Below are positions 52,199 through 62,605 of a DNA stretch of 64,000 nt, one piece after another. The DNA is from Nannocystis bainbridge. Lineage in GTDB: Bacteria > Myxococcota_A > Polyangia > Nannocystales > Nannocystaceae. A program made the position numbers and the translations under genes. Within the stretch, counting starts at the first letter, position 1. The number at the start of each line of letters is the position of its first letter. The stretch lies in the NCBI RefSeq assembly GCF_028368995.1, contig NZ_JAQNDL010000003.1, positions 1,312,001-1,376,000 on the forward strand, written 5' to 3'. The notes below the pieces were generated by a model. That model saw only the letters and a list, made by a program, of their open reading frames with translations. It was not told the origin of the DNA and ran no database searches.

Positions 52199-53093
52199 GA
52201 GGTAGTCACTCCTTGATCCCGCAGTGCGGGCGCAGGCAGTGTCGGCGAGGCGACGGCCGCGTACAAGGGTCAAACGCCGGCGTCGGCCGGATCGGGCGAT
52301 TGCCACGCAAACGTCGTTTACATGGCGATTGAAGCGTTTCGGCGCGATACGTCGGCGGTCGCGGGCGGCCGTCCCCACCTCGTGCAGCGACAGGGCGGAG
52401 CGCCGCATCGCCGCAAAACCGCGTACTGCCGGCGACCGAGCCTGACCCCTGCACACACAACGACCGCCGACCCGGGCGTAGATCTCGCCCGCGGACAGAG
52501 GTCCGTGGCGCGACGACAGCCGCGACCTCGGGCCGCGCCGGCAAGCACCCCACGCCGACCTCGACGCCGCCGGTCGGCCGCCGCGAGCCGCGATTCCCTC
52601 GCTCGCGCCGGTTTGACCGCGAGCGCGCAACACCAGCGCGAGCGCAATCGACGCCAGCGCCTGCGTAAGCATCCGTTCATTTTTCTCGGCGGCCTTCACC
52701 GCGAGCCGCGGCCGCGCGCTCGCACGAAGCGGGCCACGACGCGCCATCGACAGGCACACCCATGCTCGCTCCGCCGCCCACGAAGCTGCGCCTGACAGCG
52801 AGGATGCGGGCCGCGACCGCGCCATCGCCGGGCTCGCTCGCGCTGGCCGCGGTTCGTGCTCCACTGCCAGCGGCCACGCGCCGACGCACCGCCGTCGCTT
52901 CGCGGCGGGCGGCCCCATCGCGGCAGACGACGCGGATGAAGCCCCGCGCGGCGGACGGTGAAATTTTCGTCATGCGCTCGTGTCGACCCCCGTCTGTGTG
53001 CACGCTCGAGCCCACGGACGCCGTTCGAGGCGCGCCGTGTTCGGGCCGACGCCGTCGTCATCGCCACCGCTCGGCCCAGGGAGACCGTCGACA

Positions 53094-56000
53094 ATGACCA
53101 CCACCGACGCCGCGCTCGCGCACGGCCCCCGCGATCGCCTTCGTCACGCGCTCGAGCGGGCGGCCCAATGGTTGCCGATCCAGGCCCCGCTCGAGGTCTT
53201 CGTCCACAACAACCTGCTGGTCGCGTTCCAGCACCTGCCGTTCCACCAGGCGATGCTGGCGGCCCGCCGCAAGCTCGGCGTGCGCGGCTACTTCCCCGAG
53301 GACCGCTACCGCCACGAGCACGCGGTCGGGCGCATCACCGAGGCCGACCTCGACGCGGTGTTCGCCGACGAGCCGCTGCCCGACCTGCCGCTGGCGCCGA
53401 ACTTCCCCTCGGCCCGCGCGATCGCCCGCACCGTCACCCGCTACAGCATCGGCGCCGAGACGCCGGCCGACCTGCACTGGAAGATCGTCGAGGAGCAGGC
53501 GACCACCTTCTTCGCCGCCGACACCGGCGAGGACGCGCGCAACGCCATCCTCGCCGCCACCGCCGACTGGCTGCAGCCGCAGCTGGCCCACCTGCAAGGC
53601 CGCGAGGCCGAGCTGGCGGCGCTGGTCGTCGGCCGCCCGCCGTTCCGCACGCCGACCGGCGAGCTGACGGCGCTGCTCGGCGACCGCCTGCACGCGGCCG
53701 CGTTCGCCGAGCGCCGCGAACCGGTGGCCGTGCGCGCGCTGTGGACCGCCTGCGTCGACGCCTGCGTCCACTACGCCGGCATGCCGGTGATCGGCGCGCG
53801 CAAGCTGTGGACCCACCGCGAGCTGCTGCGCGCCTGCAGCGACATCGACGCCAACGACCTGGTCCACGCGGTGTTGATCCCGCTGTGCGCGGCGTTCCTC
53901 GACCGCGGCCAGTCGCACTGGTCGATGCCCGACCGCGCCGACGGGTTCTTCAACGCGTGGTTGCGGGTCAAGCAGGCCGGCGTGTCGATCCGCCCGAGCT
54001 GGCTCGGCGGCGCCGACAAGCGCATGCGCGACTGGCAGACCCGCGGGGTGACGGCCGAGGACGCGGTGATCGAGCTGCTGGCCGAGCTCGGCGTCGAGCC
54101 CGACGAGTACGAGGCCTACGTCGAGCGCACGCTGCTTCAGCTGCCGGGGTGGGCCGGCATGTTCCACCGCCTGGGCCACGCGCCAGGCCCGATCGGCCGC
54201 TCGCGCGCCAAGATCGAGCTGCTCGATTTCCTGGCCGTGCGCCTCGCGCTCGACCTGTTCGCCTTCCGCGACATCGCCCGCCAGGTCGGTCACAGCGGGC
54301 CGGCGTCGCAGATCCGCCGGGTCTGCGCCGGCCTGCCGCAGATCGCCCCGCCGCCGGTCCGCGGCCCGCACGACACCGCCTGGCCGCTGTTTCAATTGGC
54401 GCAGCACGCCGGCATCGCCGCGCCGACGATCCGCGCCGCCAGTCGCGGCGAGATCGACGTCCTGGTCGCGTTCCTCGACCGCCACGACGACATGACCCGC
54501 ATGCGCCTGTGGCACGAGGCGTACGAGCGTCACTACCGGGTCGAGCTGCTCGACGCGATCGCGGCCAACGTCCGCCAGGCCCGCATGCCGGAGGTCGCGC
54601 CGCGGTTCCAGGTGATGCTGTGCCTCGACGACCGCTTCGAGTCGTCGCGCCGCTACCTCGAGGAGATTTCGCCGGAGGTCGAGACCTACGGCGGGCCGGG
54701 CTTCTTCGGCGTGGCGTTCGCCTACCAGGGCATCGACGACCCGCGCACGTTCCCGCTGTGCCCGGTGATCGTCACGCCGCAGCACCGCATCGACGAGGTC
54801 GTGCTGACGCAGCAGTACGACCTGGCCCAGCTGCGCAAGCAGCGGATCCAGCGGATCGCCCGGGTGCGGCAGCTGTTCGGCCGGGCCTCGCGCTCGCTGT
54901 GGCTCGGCCTGCTGGTCAGCATCGTCACCGGCGTGTTCTCGCTGGTGCCGCTGCTGCTGTCGATCTTCGCCCCGCGCACCGCCGGCAAGCTGCGCGAGGC
55001 GGTCCGCAAGCGGATCCTGCCCGAGCCGAAGACCCGCCTCACGCCGGCGCGCATCGGCCTCGACAAGGCCCCGGGCGACGACCTGCTGCCCGGCTTCTCG
55101 GTCGACGAGATGGCCGCGCGCGTCGCCTCGCTGCTCGAGAACCTCGGCATGACGAAGCGCTTCGGCAAGCTGATCGTCGCCCTCGGCCACGACACCTCGT
55201 CGGTCAACAACCCGCTGCTCGCGGCCTACTCGTGCGCCGCGTGCGGCGGCCGCAGCGGCGGGCCCAACGCGCGCTACCTGGCCCACATCGGCAACCGCCC
55301 CGACGTGCGCGAGCGGCTGGCCGCGCGCGGCATCGTCATCCCGCCCGAGTCGGTGTTCGTCGCCGGGGTCTACGACACCTGCGCCGAGAAGATCGCGTGG
55401 ATCGACGAGGACCTGCTGCCGGCCGCGGCCCGCGGCGAGCTCGCCGCGCTCACGGTGATCCTCGACGAGATGTGCCGCCGCAACGCGCTCGAGCGCAGCC
55501 GCCGGTTCGCGACCGCGCCGAAGCTGCCCGACGCCCAGGCCGCCCGCAAGCACGTCGAGAGCCGCGCGGTCGACCTCAGCGAGCCGCGCGCCGAGCTCGG
55601 CCACGCCACCTGCGCCTGCAGCATCGTCGGCCGGCGCGAGCTGACCTACGGCCTGTTCCTCGACCGCCGCTGCCTGCTGATCTCCTACGACCCGACGCAG
55701 GACCCCGACCACAAGATCCTCGAGCGCACCCTCGCCGCGACCTCGCCGGTCGGCGCCGGCATCTCCCTCGATTACTACTGCTCGAGCGTCGACCCGGAGA
55801 AGCTCGGCTCGGGCACCAAGCTGCCGCACAACGTCACCGCTCTGGCCGGGGTGATGAACGGCTCGTCGAGCGACCTGCGGACCGGCCTGCCGACCCAGGC
55901 GACCGAGATGCACGAGCCGATGCGGCTCGAGGTGATCGTCGAGGCCACGCCCGAAGTGCTGCAGGACATCCTCACTCGCCAGGCCGCGGTCGCCGAGCTG

Positions 56001-56210
56001 GTGCTGAACGAGTGGGTGCGGATCACCGCGATCCACCCGGACACGCGCCAGATGTGGACCTTCGACGCCCGCTTCGGCTTCCGCCCGTACGCGCCGACGC
56101 CGGTCGAGCTGCCGGTGGTGCCGCGCTCCGAGGACTGGTGCGCCGGCCGCGTCGAATGCCTGAAGCCGGTCCGGGTCGTCACGCCCAACGAGGTGAAGCA
56201 TGCTCCCTGA
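53094..56210 (+). CDS. dabA: DUF2309 (DabA/MpsB-like) beta-carbonic-anhydrase-like subunit of an inorganic carbon transporter
   Basis: PLEVFVHNNLL, LPGWAG, putative Zn ligands in CLDDRFE, GHDT..VNNP and CAACGG; LFLDRR.LLISYD, DLRTGLP.Q....HEPMRL. Confidence 0.9.
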   Translation: MTTTDAALAHGPRDRLRHALERAAQWLPIQAPLEVFVHNNLLVAFQHLPFHQAMLAARRKLGVRGYFPEDRYRHEHAVGRITEADLDAVFADEPLPDLPLAPNFPSARAIARTVTRYSIGAETPADLHWKIVEEQATTFFAADTGEDARNAILAATADWLQPQLAHLQGREAELAALVVGRPPFRTPTGELTALLGDRLHAAAFAERREPVAVRALWTACVDACVHYAGMPVIGARKLWTHRELLRACSDIDANDLVHAVLIPLCAAFLDRGQSHWSMPDRADGFFNAWLRVKQAGVSIRPSWLGGADKRMRDWQTRGVTAEDAVIELLAELGVEPDEYEAYVERTLLQLPGWAGMFHRLGHAPGPIGRSRAKIELLDFLAVRLALDLFAFRDIARQVGHSGPASQIRRVCAGLPQIAPPPVRGPHDTAWPLFQLAQHAGIAAPTIRAASRGEIDVLVAFLDRHDDMTRMRLWHEAYERHYRVELLDAIAANVRQARMPEVAPRFQVMLCLDDRFESSRRYLEEISPEVETYGGPGFFGVAFAYQGIDDPRTFPLCPVIVTPQHRIDEVVLTQQYDLAQLRKQRIQRIARVRQLFGRASRSLWLGLLVSIVTGVFSLVPLLLSIFAPRTAGKLREAVRKRILPEPKTRLTPARIGLDKAPGDDLLPGFSVDEMAARVASLLENLGMTKRFGKLIVALGHDTSSVNNPLLAAYSCAACGGRSGGPNARYLAHIGNRPDVRERLAARGIVIPPESVFVAGVYDTCAEKIAWIDEDLLPAAARGELAALTVILDEMCRRNALERSRRFATAPKLPDAQAARKHVESRAVDLSEPRAELGHATCACSIVGRRELTYGLFLDRRCLLISYDPTQDPDHKILERTLAATSPVGAGISLDYYCSSVDPEKLGSGTKLPHNVTALAGVMNGSSSDLRTGLPTQATEMHEPMRLEVIVEATPEVLQDILTRQAAVAELVLNEWVRITAIHPDTRQMWTFDARFGFRPYAPTPVELPVVPRSEDWCAGRVECLKPVRVVTPNEVKHAP

Positions 56211-57606
56211 ACTGCTGTCCGTCGGGTTCGCGCTGGCGCCGGTGTGGCCGGCCCTGGCGGCGATCGTCGTCGCCCTGCTGCTGCTGCCGGGCACGCGCCC
56301 GTCGGAGCGCCTGGTCGCCCGCATCACCACCGCGGCCGGCTGGCTGAGCCTGCTCAGCGCCGTCTGCGGGGTCGGCCTCTACCTGTCCCATGGGCCAGTC
56401 GATTATCGGCTCGGCAACTGGTACGACGCCGCCGGCTACAGCTTCCCGCTGGTGCTGCTGTTCGACGGCCTGGCAGCGGCGATGTCGGCGTTCATCGCCG
56501 TGATCGTGCTGACGACGGTGCGGTTCTCGGTGACCTACCTGCACCGCGAGCCGGGCTTCATCCGCTTCTTCGTGCTGACCCTCGGCTTCGCCGCCGGCAT
56601 GCAATTGCTGGTGATGGCCGGCAGCGTCGAGCTGCTGTTCATCGGCTGGGAGTTCGTCGGCCTCAGCTCGGTGCTGCTGGTCGCGTTCTTCCACGAGCGG
56701 GCGATGCCGGTCCAGGCGGCCCTGCGCGTGCTCGTCACCTACCGCGTGTGCGACATCGGCCTGCTGATCGGTGCGGTGACGCTGCACCACTGGCTCGGCA
56801 GCACGGTGTGGGTCGACGTGTTCGCCCGCCTGCCGCAGCACACCGGCGCCGCCGCCGGGCTGGCGACCGCGCTGGCGCTGGTGTTCGCGGCCATGGGCAA
56901 GTCGGCCCAGTTCCCGGTCGGCGGCTGGCTGCCGCGGGCGATGGAGGGCCCGACGGCCTCGTCGGCGGTGTTCTACGGCAGCCTCTCGGTCCACGCCGGG
57001 GTGTTCCTGCTGCTGCGCGCGGCGCCGCTGATCGAGCAATCGCTGACGGCGCGCATCGTGCTGGTGATCGTCGGCCTGACGACGGCGGTGATCGCCGCGC
57101 TCAGCAGCCAGGTCAGCGCCGACGCCAAGTCGGCGGTGGCCCACGCGACCGCCAGCCAGGTCGGCCTGATGTTCGTCGAGTGCGGCCTCGGCTTCTACAC
57201 GCTGGCGACGGTCCACCTGATCGCCCACGCGACCCTGCGCTACTATCAATTCCTGCGCACGCCCACGGCGCTGCACGACGCGCTGTGGCAGCAGGCCGCG
57301 CTCGGCCGCACCGACTCCGACGAGGCCGCGGCCCGCTGGGAGGGCCTCGCGCTCGGCCAGCGGCGCGCGCTCTACCGCCTCGCGCTCGAGCGGTTCGCCG
57401 TCGAGCAGGCGCTCGACCGCCTCGTCACCCGCCCGATCATGAACCTCTCGCGCCTGCTCGATCGGCTCGAAGGCGGCCTCCTGGCCCTGCACGGCCGCCA
57501 GCCCGAGGCCGGCACCGGCGCGCCGCTGCCGGTCATGGCGCCCGACATGAACGGCGACCCCGCTTTCAGGCCCGCCGACCACGGCGCGCCGGAGGCCCGC
57601 ACATGA
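56200..57606 (+). CDS. dabB: NuoL/MrpA-like proton-conducting membrane subunit (DabB/MpsA-like)
   Basis: IGWEFVG, YRVCD, MGKSAQFP..GWLPRAMEGPT, HAGVFLL, ADAK; overlaps the end of dabA. Confidence 0.85.
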   Translation: MLPELLSVGFALAPVWPALAAIVVALLLLPGTRPSERLVARITTAAGWLSLLSAVCGVGLYLSHGPVDYRLGNWYDAAGYSFPLVLLFDGLAAAMSAFIAVIVLTTVRFSVTYLHREPGFIRFFVLTLGFAAGMQLLVMAGSVELLFIGWEFVGLSSVLLVAFFHERAMPVQAALRVLVTYRVCDIGLLIGAVTLHHWLGSTVWVDVFARLPQHTGAAAGLATALALVFAAMGKSAQFPVGGWLPRAMEGPTASSAVFYGSLSVHAGVFLLLRAAPLIEQSLTARIVLVIVGLTTAVIAALSSQVSADAKSAVAHATASQVGLMFVECGLGFYTLATVHLIAHATLRYYQFLRTPTALHDALWQQAALGRTDSDEAAARWEGLALGQRRALYRLALERFAVEQALDRLVTRPIMNLSRLLDRLEGGLLALHGRQPEAGTGAPLPVMAPDMNGDPAFRPADHGAPEART

Positions 57607-59108
57607 CCCACGACCTGGTCGCCCTCGCCATCCCGCTGCTGTGGCTGTTCCCGCTGCTGGCCGCGTTCGTGGTCCAGTTCCTGATCCGCGAGCCGACCCG
57701 CCAGCGCGACGTCGCCATCGGCGTGGCCTGGGTGGTGTTCGCCGTGGCGATGGGGGCGTTCCTGCTCAACGGCTGGGACTCGCACTTCGACCGCGACGAC
57801 CTCGAGTCGGGGCTGTTCATGTCGCTGCGCTTTCACATGGCGGTCGACGGCCTCAACGCGCTGCTGCTGCCGATGACCGCCGCGATCGCCCTGGCCTCGC
57901 TGCTGTCGACCCCGCGCTCCGACCTGCGCGGCAACACGGCGGCGCGGATCCTCGCCGTGGAGGGCACCCTGCTCGGCTGCTTCCTCGCGCTCGACGCCGC
58001 CACCCTGTCGCTGTTCTGGGTCGGCTCGATGCTGCCGCTGTGGCAGGACACCCGGCGCAGCAAATCGCGGCCGCTGCACCTCGTCATGACCCTCGCCATC
58101 GCGGCCACCACCGCCGCGCTGGTGGCCGCGCTGGTGATCATGGCCGGGGCCGGGGCCGCCGGCTCGGCCTCGCCGTTCGACCTGCTGGCGCTGACGCAGG
58201 CCACCACCTCGTTGCCGCCGATCGTCGGCTGGCTGTTCCTGTTCGTCGCGCTGCTGCGCATGGGCATCTTCCCCATGCACCTGTGGCTGACCGCGGCCGG
58301 CTGGCGCGCCCCCGGCTACTCGGCGATGCCGGCGCTGTTCACCTCGCTGGGCTCGTTCGGGCTGACGCGCGTGGTCATGCCGCTGTTCCCGCGGCTGTGC
58401 GAGCAGGTGTCGACGCCGCTGGTGGTCCTCGGCGCCGTCACGGCCCTCTACGGCGCGGTGCTGGCGGTCGGCCAGTACGACCTGCGGCGCGTCATCAGCT
58501 ACTTCTGGGTCAGCCAGATGGGCCTCGTGCTCACCGGCCTGGCCACCCTCAACGCCCCCGGCGTGTCGGGCGGGCTGCTGCAGGCGATGTCGTCGGTGGT
58601 CGAGGTCTGCGGCCTGATGCTGATCGCGCTCGAGGTCGAGGCCCGGGCCGGCACCACCGACATGCGCCTGCTCGGCGGCCTGGTCCGCCGCGCCCCGCGG
58701 CTCACCACCGGCTTCCTCATGCTGTCCACCGCGGCCGTCGGCTTCCCCGGCACGATCTCCTTCGTCGCCGAGGACCTCGCCATCCAGGGCCTCCTCTACG
58801 ACCACCCGCTGGCCGCCGCGCTGCTGCTGGTCGTCACCGCGATCAACGGCGTGGCCCTGTTCAAGGCGTTCAAGCAGACCTTCCTCGGCCCCGGCTCGCA
58901 GCACGCCAAGGACCTGCGCTCGTTCGCCGACCTGCGCGGCTGGGAGTACCGCGCCTCGGTCGCGCTGATGGCCACGCTGCTGATCGGCGGCCTCATGCCG
59001 CAGCCGCTGCTCGCCGTGCGCGCCGGCGTCGTCGACGCCCTGCAGAAGCTCGAGCCGGCCGCGGCCCACGTCGTCGCCCCGGACGACGACGACGACGACG
59101 ACGGCTGA
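57603..59108 (+). CDS. NuoM/MrpD-like membrane subunit with degenerate key residues
   Basis: VDGLN, FPMHLWL, QYDLRRVISY, GGLVRRAP, GFPGTISFVAE; ATGA overlap. Confidence 0.82.
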   Translation: MTHDLVALAIPLLWLFPLLAAFVVQFLIREPTRQRDVAIGVAWVVFAVAMGAFLLNGWDSHFDRDDLESGLFMSLRFHMAVDGLNALLLPMTAAIALASLLSTPRSDLRGNTAARILAVEGTLLGCFLALDAATLSLFWVGSMLPLWQDTRRSKSRPLHLVMTLAIAATTAALVAALVIMAGAGAAGSASPFDLLALTQATTSLPPIVGWLFLFVALLRMGIFPMHLWLTAAGWRAPGYSAMPALFTSLGSFGLTRVVMPLFPRLCEQVSTPLVVLGAVTALYGAVLAVGQYDLRRVISYFWVSQMGLVLTGLATLNAPGVSGGLLQAMSSVVEVCGLMLIALEVEARAGTTDMRLLGGLVRRAPRLTTGFLMLSTAAVGFPGTISFVAEDLAIQGLLYDHPLAAALLLVVTAINGVALFKAFKQTFLGPGSQHAKDLRSFADLRGWEYRASVALMATLLIGGLMPQPLLAVRAGVVDALQKLEPAAAHVVAPDDDDDDDG

Positions 59109-59142
59109 ACGTCGAAGCATGTCGCACCGGGCTCGCCATGCC

Positions 59143-59361
59143 TGTCCCTTCGGACATCTCGCGCGGCTAGCGACGACGCATGGCCCCGGCCATCGACCCG
59201 CCGCCGACCTCGGCCTGGCCGCGGCGCACGTCTCGCCGGGCGCACGTCGACATGTCTCTTGGGCCATCTCTCCGACGCCGTCCTCGTCCTGTCCGGGACC
59301 AGGGTACCGGCCTCGACCGTGATCGTCGCGGTCGAGCTCCCACGACCTGTCCTTCGTGACA
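59143..59361. repeat. Cluster of TGTC-N6-GACA palindromes
   Basis: Perfect copies at 59143 and 59348; 1-mismatch copy at 59253. Confidence 0.7.
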
Positions 59362-59585
59362 TCCCCTGCGGACCCGCGCCGGGCCGCGGCTCGCGCCGCA
59401 TTCTTCGGCCCTGTGATTTTCTCTGTCAGACGTCGACCTGCTCGCGTCATACTGGGCGAGCAAGGGTGCCGCGGCGTAATAGTTCGCCGCGGCAGGATTT
59501 GGCTCCCGCCGTCGCATCGACGGGAGCGCTGAAGTGGTCGGGCCGCCATTTCGCAGACGCCTCGTGCGGCTGCGGAGGACGTCCC

Positions 59586-59915
59586 GTGTCACCACAACTG
59601 AAGACCCCCGACCACGCGCCTGCGCCGGCAGGCTGCGCGTTGCGACTGTTCTGGATGCTCGTCGGCAACGCGATCGTCTACGCCTGCCTGGCCACCATCG
59701 CCTTCCAGGGCCTGCCGTTCCCGTCGCTGCTCGACGGCGTCGTCTGGATCACCGTCGCGCTGACGATCGCCGCCCGCCGGGTCGACATCACCCGCTGGGC
59801 CGGCACCACGGCCAGCGGCGAGCCGGCCACGCTCGCCCACTGGCGGCGCTACGCCGTCACCGTGGTCGTCGTCACCGCGGCGGTCTCGGTGCTCGCGCAC
59901 GCGCTGTCCGGTTAG
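59586..59915 (+). CDS. Small hypothetical membrane protein (3 TM)
   Basis: GGAGG upstream of the GTG; three hydrophobic segments. Confidence 0.65.
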   Translation: MSPQLKTPDHAPAPAGCALRLFWMLVGNAIVYACLATIAFQGLPFPSLLDGVVWITVALTIAARRVDITRWAGTTASGEPATLAHWRRYAVTVVVVTAAVSVLAHALSG

Positions 59916-61609
59916 TCGGCCCGCGCCGTCGCGTCGTCGACCGCGGCGCCGCCGCTCGCGTCCGCGGGGCCGGCGACGCCGTCGCGCCGCGGGCACGGAC
60001 CGACCACCAGCTCGACGGCCCACCCCGGGCCGTCGCGGACCTCGACGTCCGCGCTGGCGAACGCGCCCAGCAGCAGGTCGCCGGTCCGACGCACCTCGTC
60101 CTCGGCGACGCGCTCCTCGTCGGCCGGTTCGGCGGGCGGCGGTCGGTCGACGCACGCCCGCAGCCCTGGCGGGCGCCCGGCGGACGCCAGCCCGCGCGCC
60201 AGGGCCCCGAGGAACTCCGGCGCGGGGCTCTGGCCGGCGCTCCACCTGCCCACGAGGACAGGTTCGCTGCGGACGGCGATCGACTCGCCGAGCGCGAGGC
60301 CGAGGAAATCGGCGAGCAACGCCTCCGCCGCCGCGCCGAGCGGCGGCCCCTGGTGGCGGACGTGCAAGGTCGTCACGTCGGCGCCGAGGTCCACCTGCCA
60401 GCCGTGCAGCGCGCCGCCCGCGGCCGGCCAGTGGGCCGCGAGCGCCTCCTCGATCGGCTTGCGCAGCAGCGACGGCCGCGGCTGCGGCGCGAGCGGGGCC
60501 GTCGCGGGCGTCACCGGTGCCGCCATCGCGGCGGTGATCCTCTGCAACGAGCGCTCGTCGGCCACCGCGGTGACGTCGACCTCCGGTTCGCTGCCGGCGA
60601 CGGCGGCGATCCGCGCGACCAGCAGCGCCTCGACGTCGTGCGCCTCCTCGGGGGAGCCGATCAACGCCAGGCGCACGCGCACCCCGCCGGGTTCGACCAC
60701 GAGCGCCGTGCGGAACGAGCGATCGTCGGGGGCGACCTCGGCGAGGATCCGCGTCACCGCGTCGCGCACGCGGATCTTCCACGCGACCTCGGCGAGGGCG
60801 GCGCGCAGCGGCACGTAGACGCTGGCGAGCAGCAGGGTCGGCAGCACGAGCCGCCAGATCACGCCGTAGCGGGCGCCGACGGCCCGACGCAGGCGAGCGG
60901 CGAGCGCCGACGCGCCGTCCTCCGCGAGCACCACGTGGTTGAAGCCGAGGCCGACGAACAGCAGCGCCGAGCAGAAGATGATCGCGCAGAAGTTGGCCGT
61001 GAACAGCAGGAACGCGCCGCCGGCGATGTTCCACTGGTTCACGCCGAGCCCGTAGCCGGCCACGCACAGCGGCGGCACCAGCGAGATGCCGATCGCCGTG
61101 CCGGCCGCCGCGCTGGTGGTGTCGGCGCTCTGGCGGGCCGTCGTGAAGCCGGCCGCCAGGGCGCAGAAGGCCGCGATCGCGAGGTCGAGCACCGTCGGCG
61201 ACGTGCGGGCCGCGATCTCGGGCGTCGTCTCGTGGAACGGCAGGCCGACGGTCAGCCCCGCGGCCAGGAGCACCACCCACGCGATGCTCGCCGCCACGCG
61301 GAACATCGAGCCCAGGGTCAGGAGCGGCGAGCCGACCGCCAGGCCCATGCCCAGCCCGACGATCGGCGACATGAGCGGCGAGATCAGCATGGCGCCGATG
61401 ACCACGCCGGTGCTGCTGAGCACGAGGCCGAGCGTGGCGATCCCCGTCGCCAGCACCAACTGCAGCCAGTAGCTCACCGTGTCCGCACGATGGCGCGCGT
61501 ACATGTCGCGGACGATCGCCGCGCGCTGGCCGGCCGGGACCCCCAATCGCCGCGCCAGCGCGTCCTGGATCGGGTGCTCGCGGCCGGCCGCTGCAGATGC
61601 GTCGCTCAT
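59912..61609 (-). CDS. DUF389-domain membrane protein
   Basis: IATLGL..SSTGVVIGAMLISPLMSPI; EIAARTSPTVLDL; GTAIGISLVPPL. Confidence 0.88.
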   Translation of the reverse strand: MSDASAAAGREHPIQDALARRLGVPAGQRAAIVRDMYARHRADTVSYWLQLVLATGIATLGLVLSSTGVVIGAMLISPLMSPIVGLGMGLAVGSPLLTLGSMFRVAASIAWVVLLAAGLTVGLPFHETTPEIAARTSPTVLDLAIAAFCALAAGFTTARQSADTTSAAAGTAIGISLVPPLCVAGYGLGVNQWNIAGGAFLLFTANFCAIIFCSALLFVGLGFNHVVLAEDGASALAARLRRAVGARYGVIWRLVLPTLLLASVYVPLRAALAEVAWKIRVRDAVTRILAEVAPDDRSFRTALVVEPGGVRVRLALIGSPEEAHDVEALLVARIAAVAGSEPEVDVTAVADERSLQRITAAMAAPVTPATAPLAPQPRPSLLRKPIEEALAAHWPAAGGALHGWQVDLGADVTTLHVRHQGPPLGAAAEALLADFLGLALGESIAVRSEPVLVGRWSAGQSPAPEFLGALARGLASAGRPPGLRACVDRPPPAEPADEERVAEDEVRRTGDLLLGAFASADVEVRDGPGWAVELVVGPCPRRDGVAGPADASGGAAVDDATARAD

Positions 61610-61753
61610 GTCCGCGGATCGTAGTCGCACCGCGCTCGCGCTTGAATGAACTCGAGATCGTCGAGCGCGCGGCAGCTCACCGGCGCGGGCGTGGCGCCGT
61701 CGAGCCCGCTCGGCGGACGCGCGCGACGCGGTCGAGCTCGCCGCGCCGCTTCG

Positions 61754-62374
61754 TCAGTCCTTGCGCACCGCGTGGAATTTCCCGTCGGTCAGCGTGGGCC
61801 CCTCATTGCCGGCCGCCGGCGACCACTGGAAGCTGCCGTCGATCGCCGACTCCGAGGCGGCGCTGACGATCACCTGGGCGCCCTTGAGGTCGACGTACGT
61901 GCTGCCGCGGATGCTGTCGGTCACGACCGTGTTCTTGGCCTCGTCGCCCTGGGCCGCCTTGGCCGCCGCCGTATCGACGCCCACGCTCACATAGCGCGAG
62001 CTCCCGCCGGTCGTGTACGTCGCGGCGCCCTTGAAGTCGGCGACGACCAGCACGAGCTCCTCGCGGTTCACCGCGCCTTCGCTCGTCGCGGTGTGGCTGC
62101 ACGACACCGTCAACGTCTCGCCGCCGCCGTCGCTCGCCTTGGCCCGCGCCGAGCAGCGCTCCGCCGCCCACGGTCGACCGTCCATCGTCACCGTCCCGTC
62201 GCCCCTGTCCTTGGCCCCCCCGGACGGCTTGGCCGCGGCCGGTGCGGGCGCCGCTGCGGCCGCGGTCGCGGCCGGCTTCGTCTCCGCGGCCTCGCGCTTG
62301 GACTCGTCGTCGCACGCCGGAGCGATCGCCGCGACGATCATACAAAGACACAACCTCGAATAAACACCACGCAT
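61754..62374 (-). CDS. Hypothetical lipoprotein
   Basis: Signal peptide ending APAC; Ala/Pro linker; beta-rich domain ending LTDGKF. Confidence 0.75.
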   Translation of the reverse strand: MRGVYSRLCLCMIVAAIAPACDDESKREAAETKPAATAAAAAPAPAAAKPSGGAKDRGDGTVTMDGRPWAAERCSARAKASDGGGETLTVSCSHTATSEGAVNREELVLVVADFKGAATYTTGGSSRYVSVGVDTAAAKAAQGDEAKNTVVTDSIRGSTYVDLKGAQVIVSAASESAIDGSFQWSPAAGNEGPTLTDGKFHAVRKD

Positions 62375-62605
62375 GCGCCTCCCCTAGCACTGCTCGAGCG
62401 AGGGTGTCCACGCGCGAAGTCGGACCGAACCTCGATTCGTGCATGCACCACCTCGCGTCCTCGGCGACGTCTCGCCTCGTCCGATTTTTTTTTGCGGGCC
62501 CGGGAAGATCGCGAAGGCCCGGCGTTGTCGCGGCAGACCCCGACGTCCGGCGCGCGCGACCTCCGCGACGCGTCGTCCGACGGTCGCAGCCACGAGACCG
62601 ACACG

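Noticed and set aside
52290-52480. Possible c-di-GMP or other riboswitch
   Set aside because: Only a GCAAA-like fragment is present; the required paired elements could not be identified.
53058-56330. Long antisense and alternate-frame ORFs (e.g. 1090 aa minus and 1129 aa plus; similar cases throughout the window)
   Set aside because: Shadow ORFs caused by high GC3 bias, overlapping well-supported genes and having Arg/Ala/Pro-rich, motif-less translations.
56200-59108. Respiratory complex I nuoL/nuoM or an Mrp antiporter operon
   Set aside because: No other nuo or mrp subunits are adjacent, and coupling to DUF2309 points to a DAB/Mps-type system.
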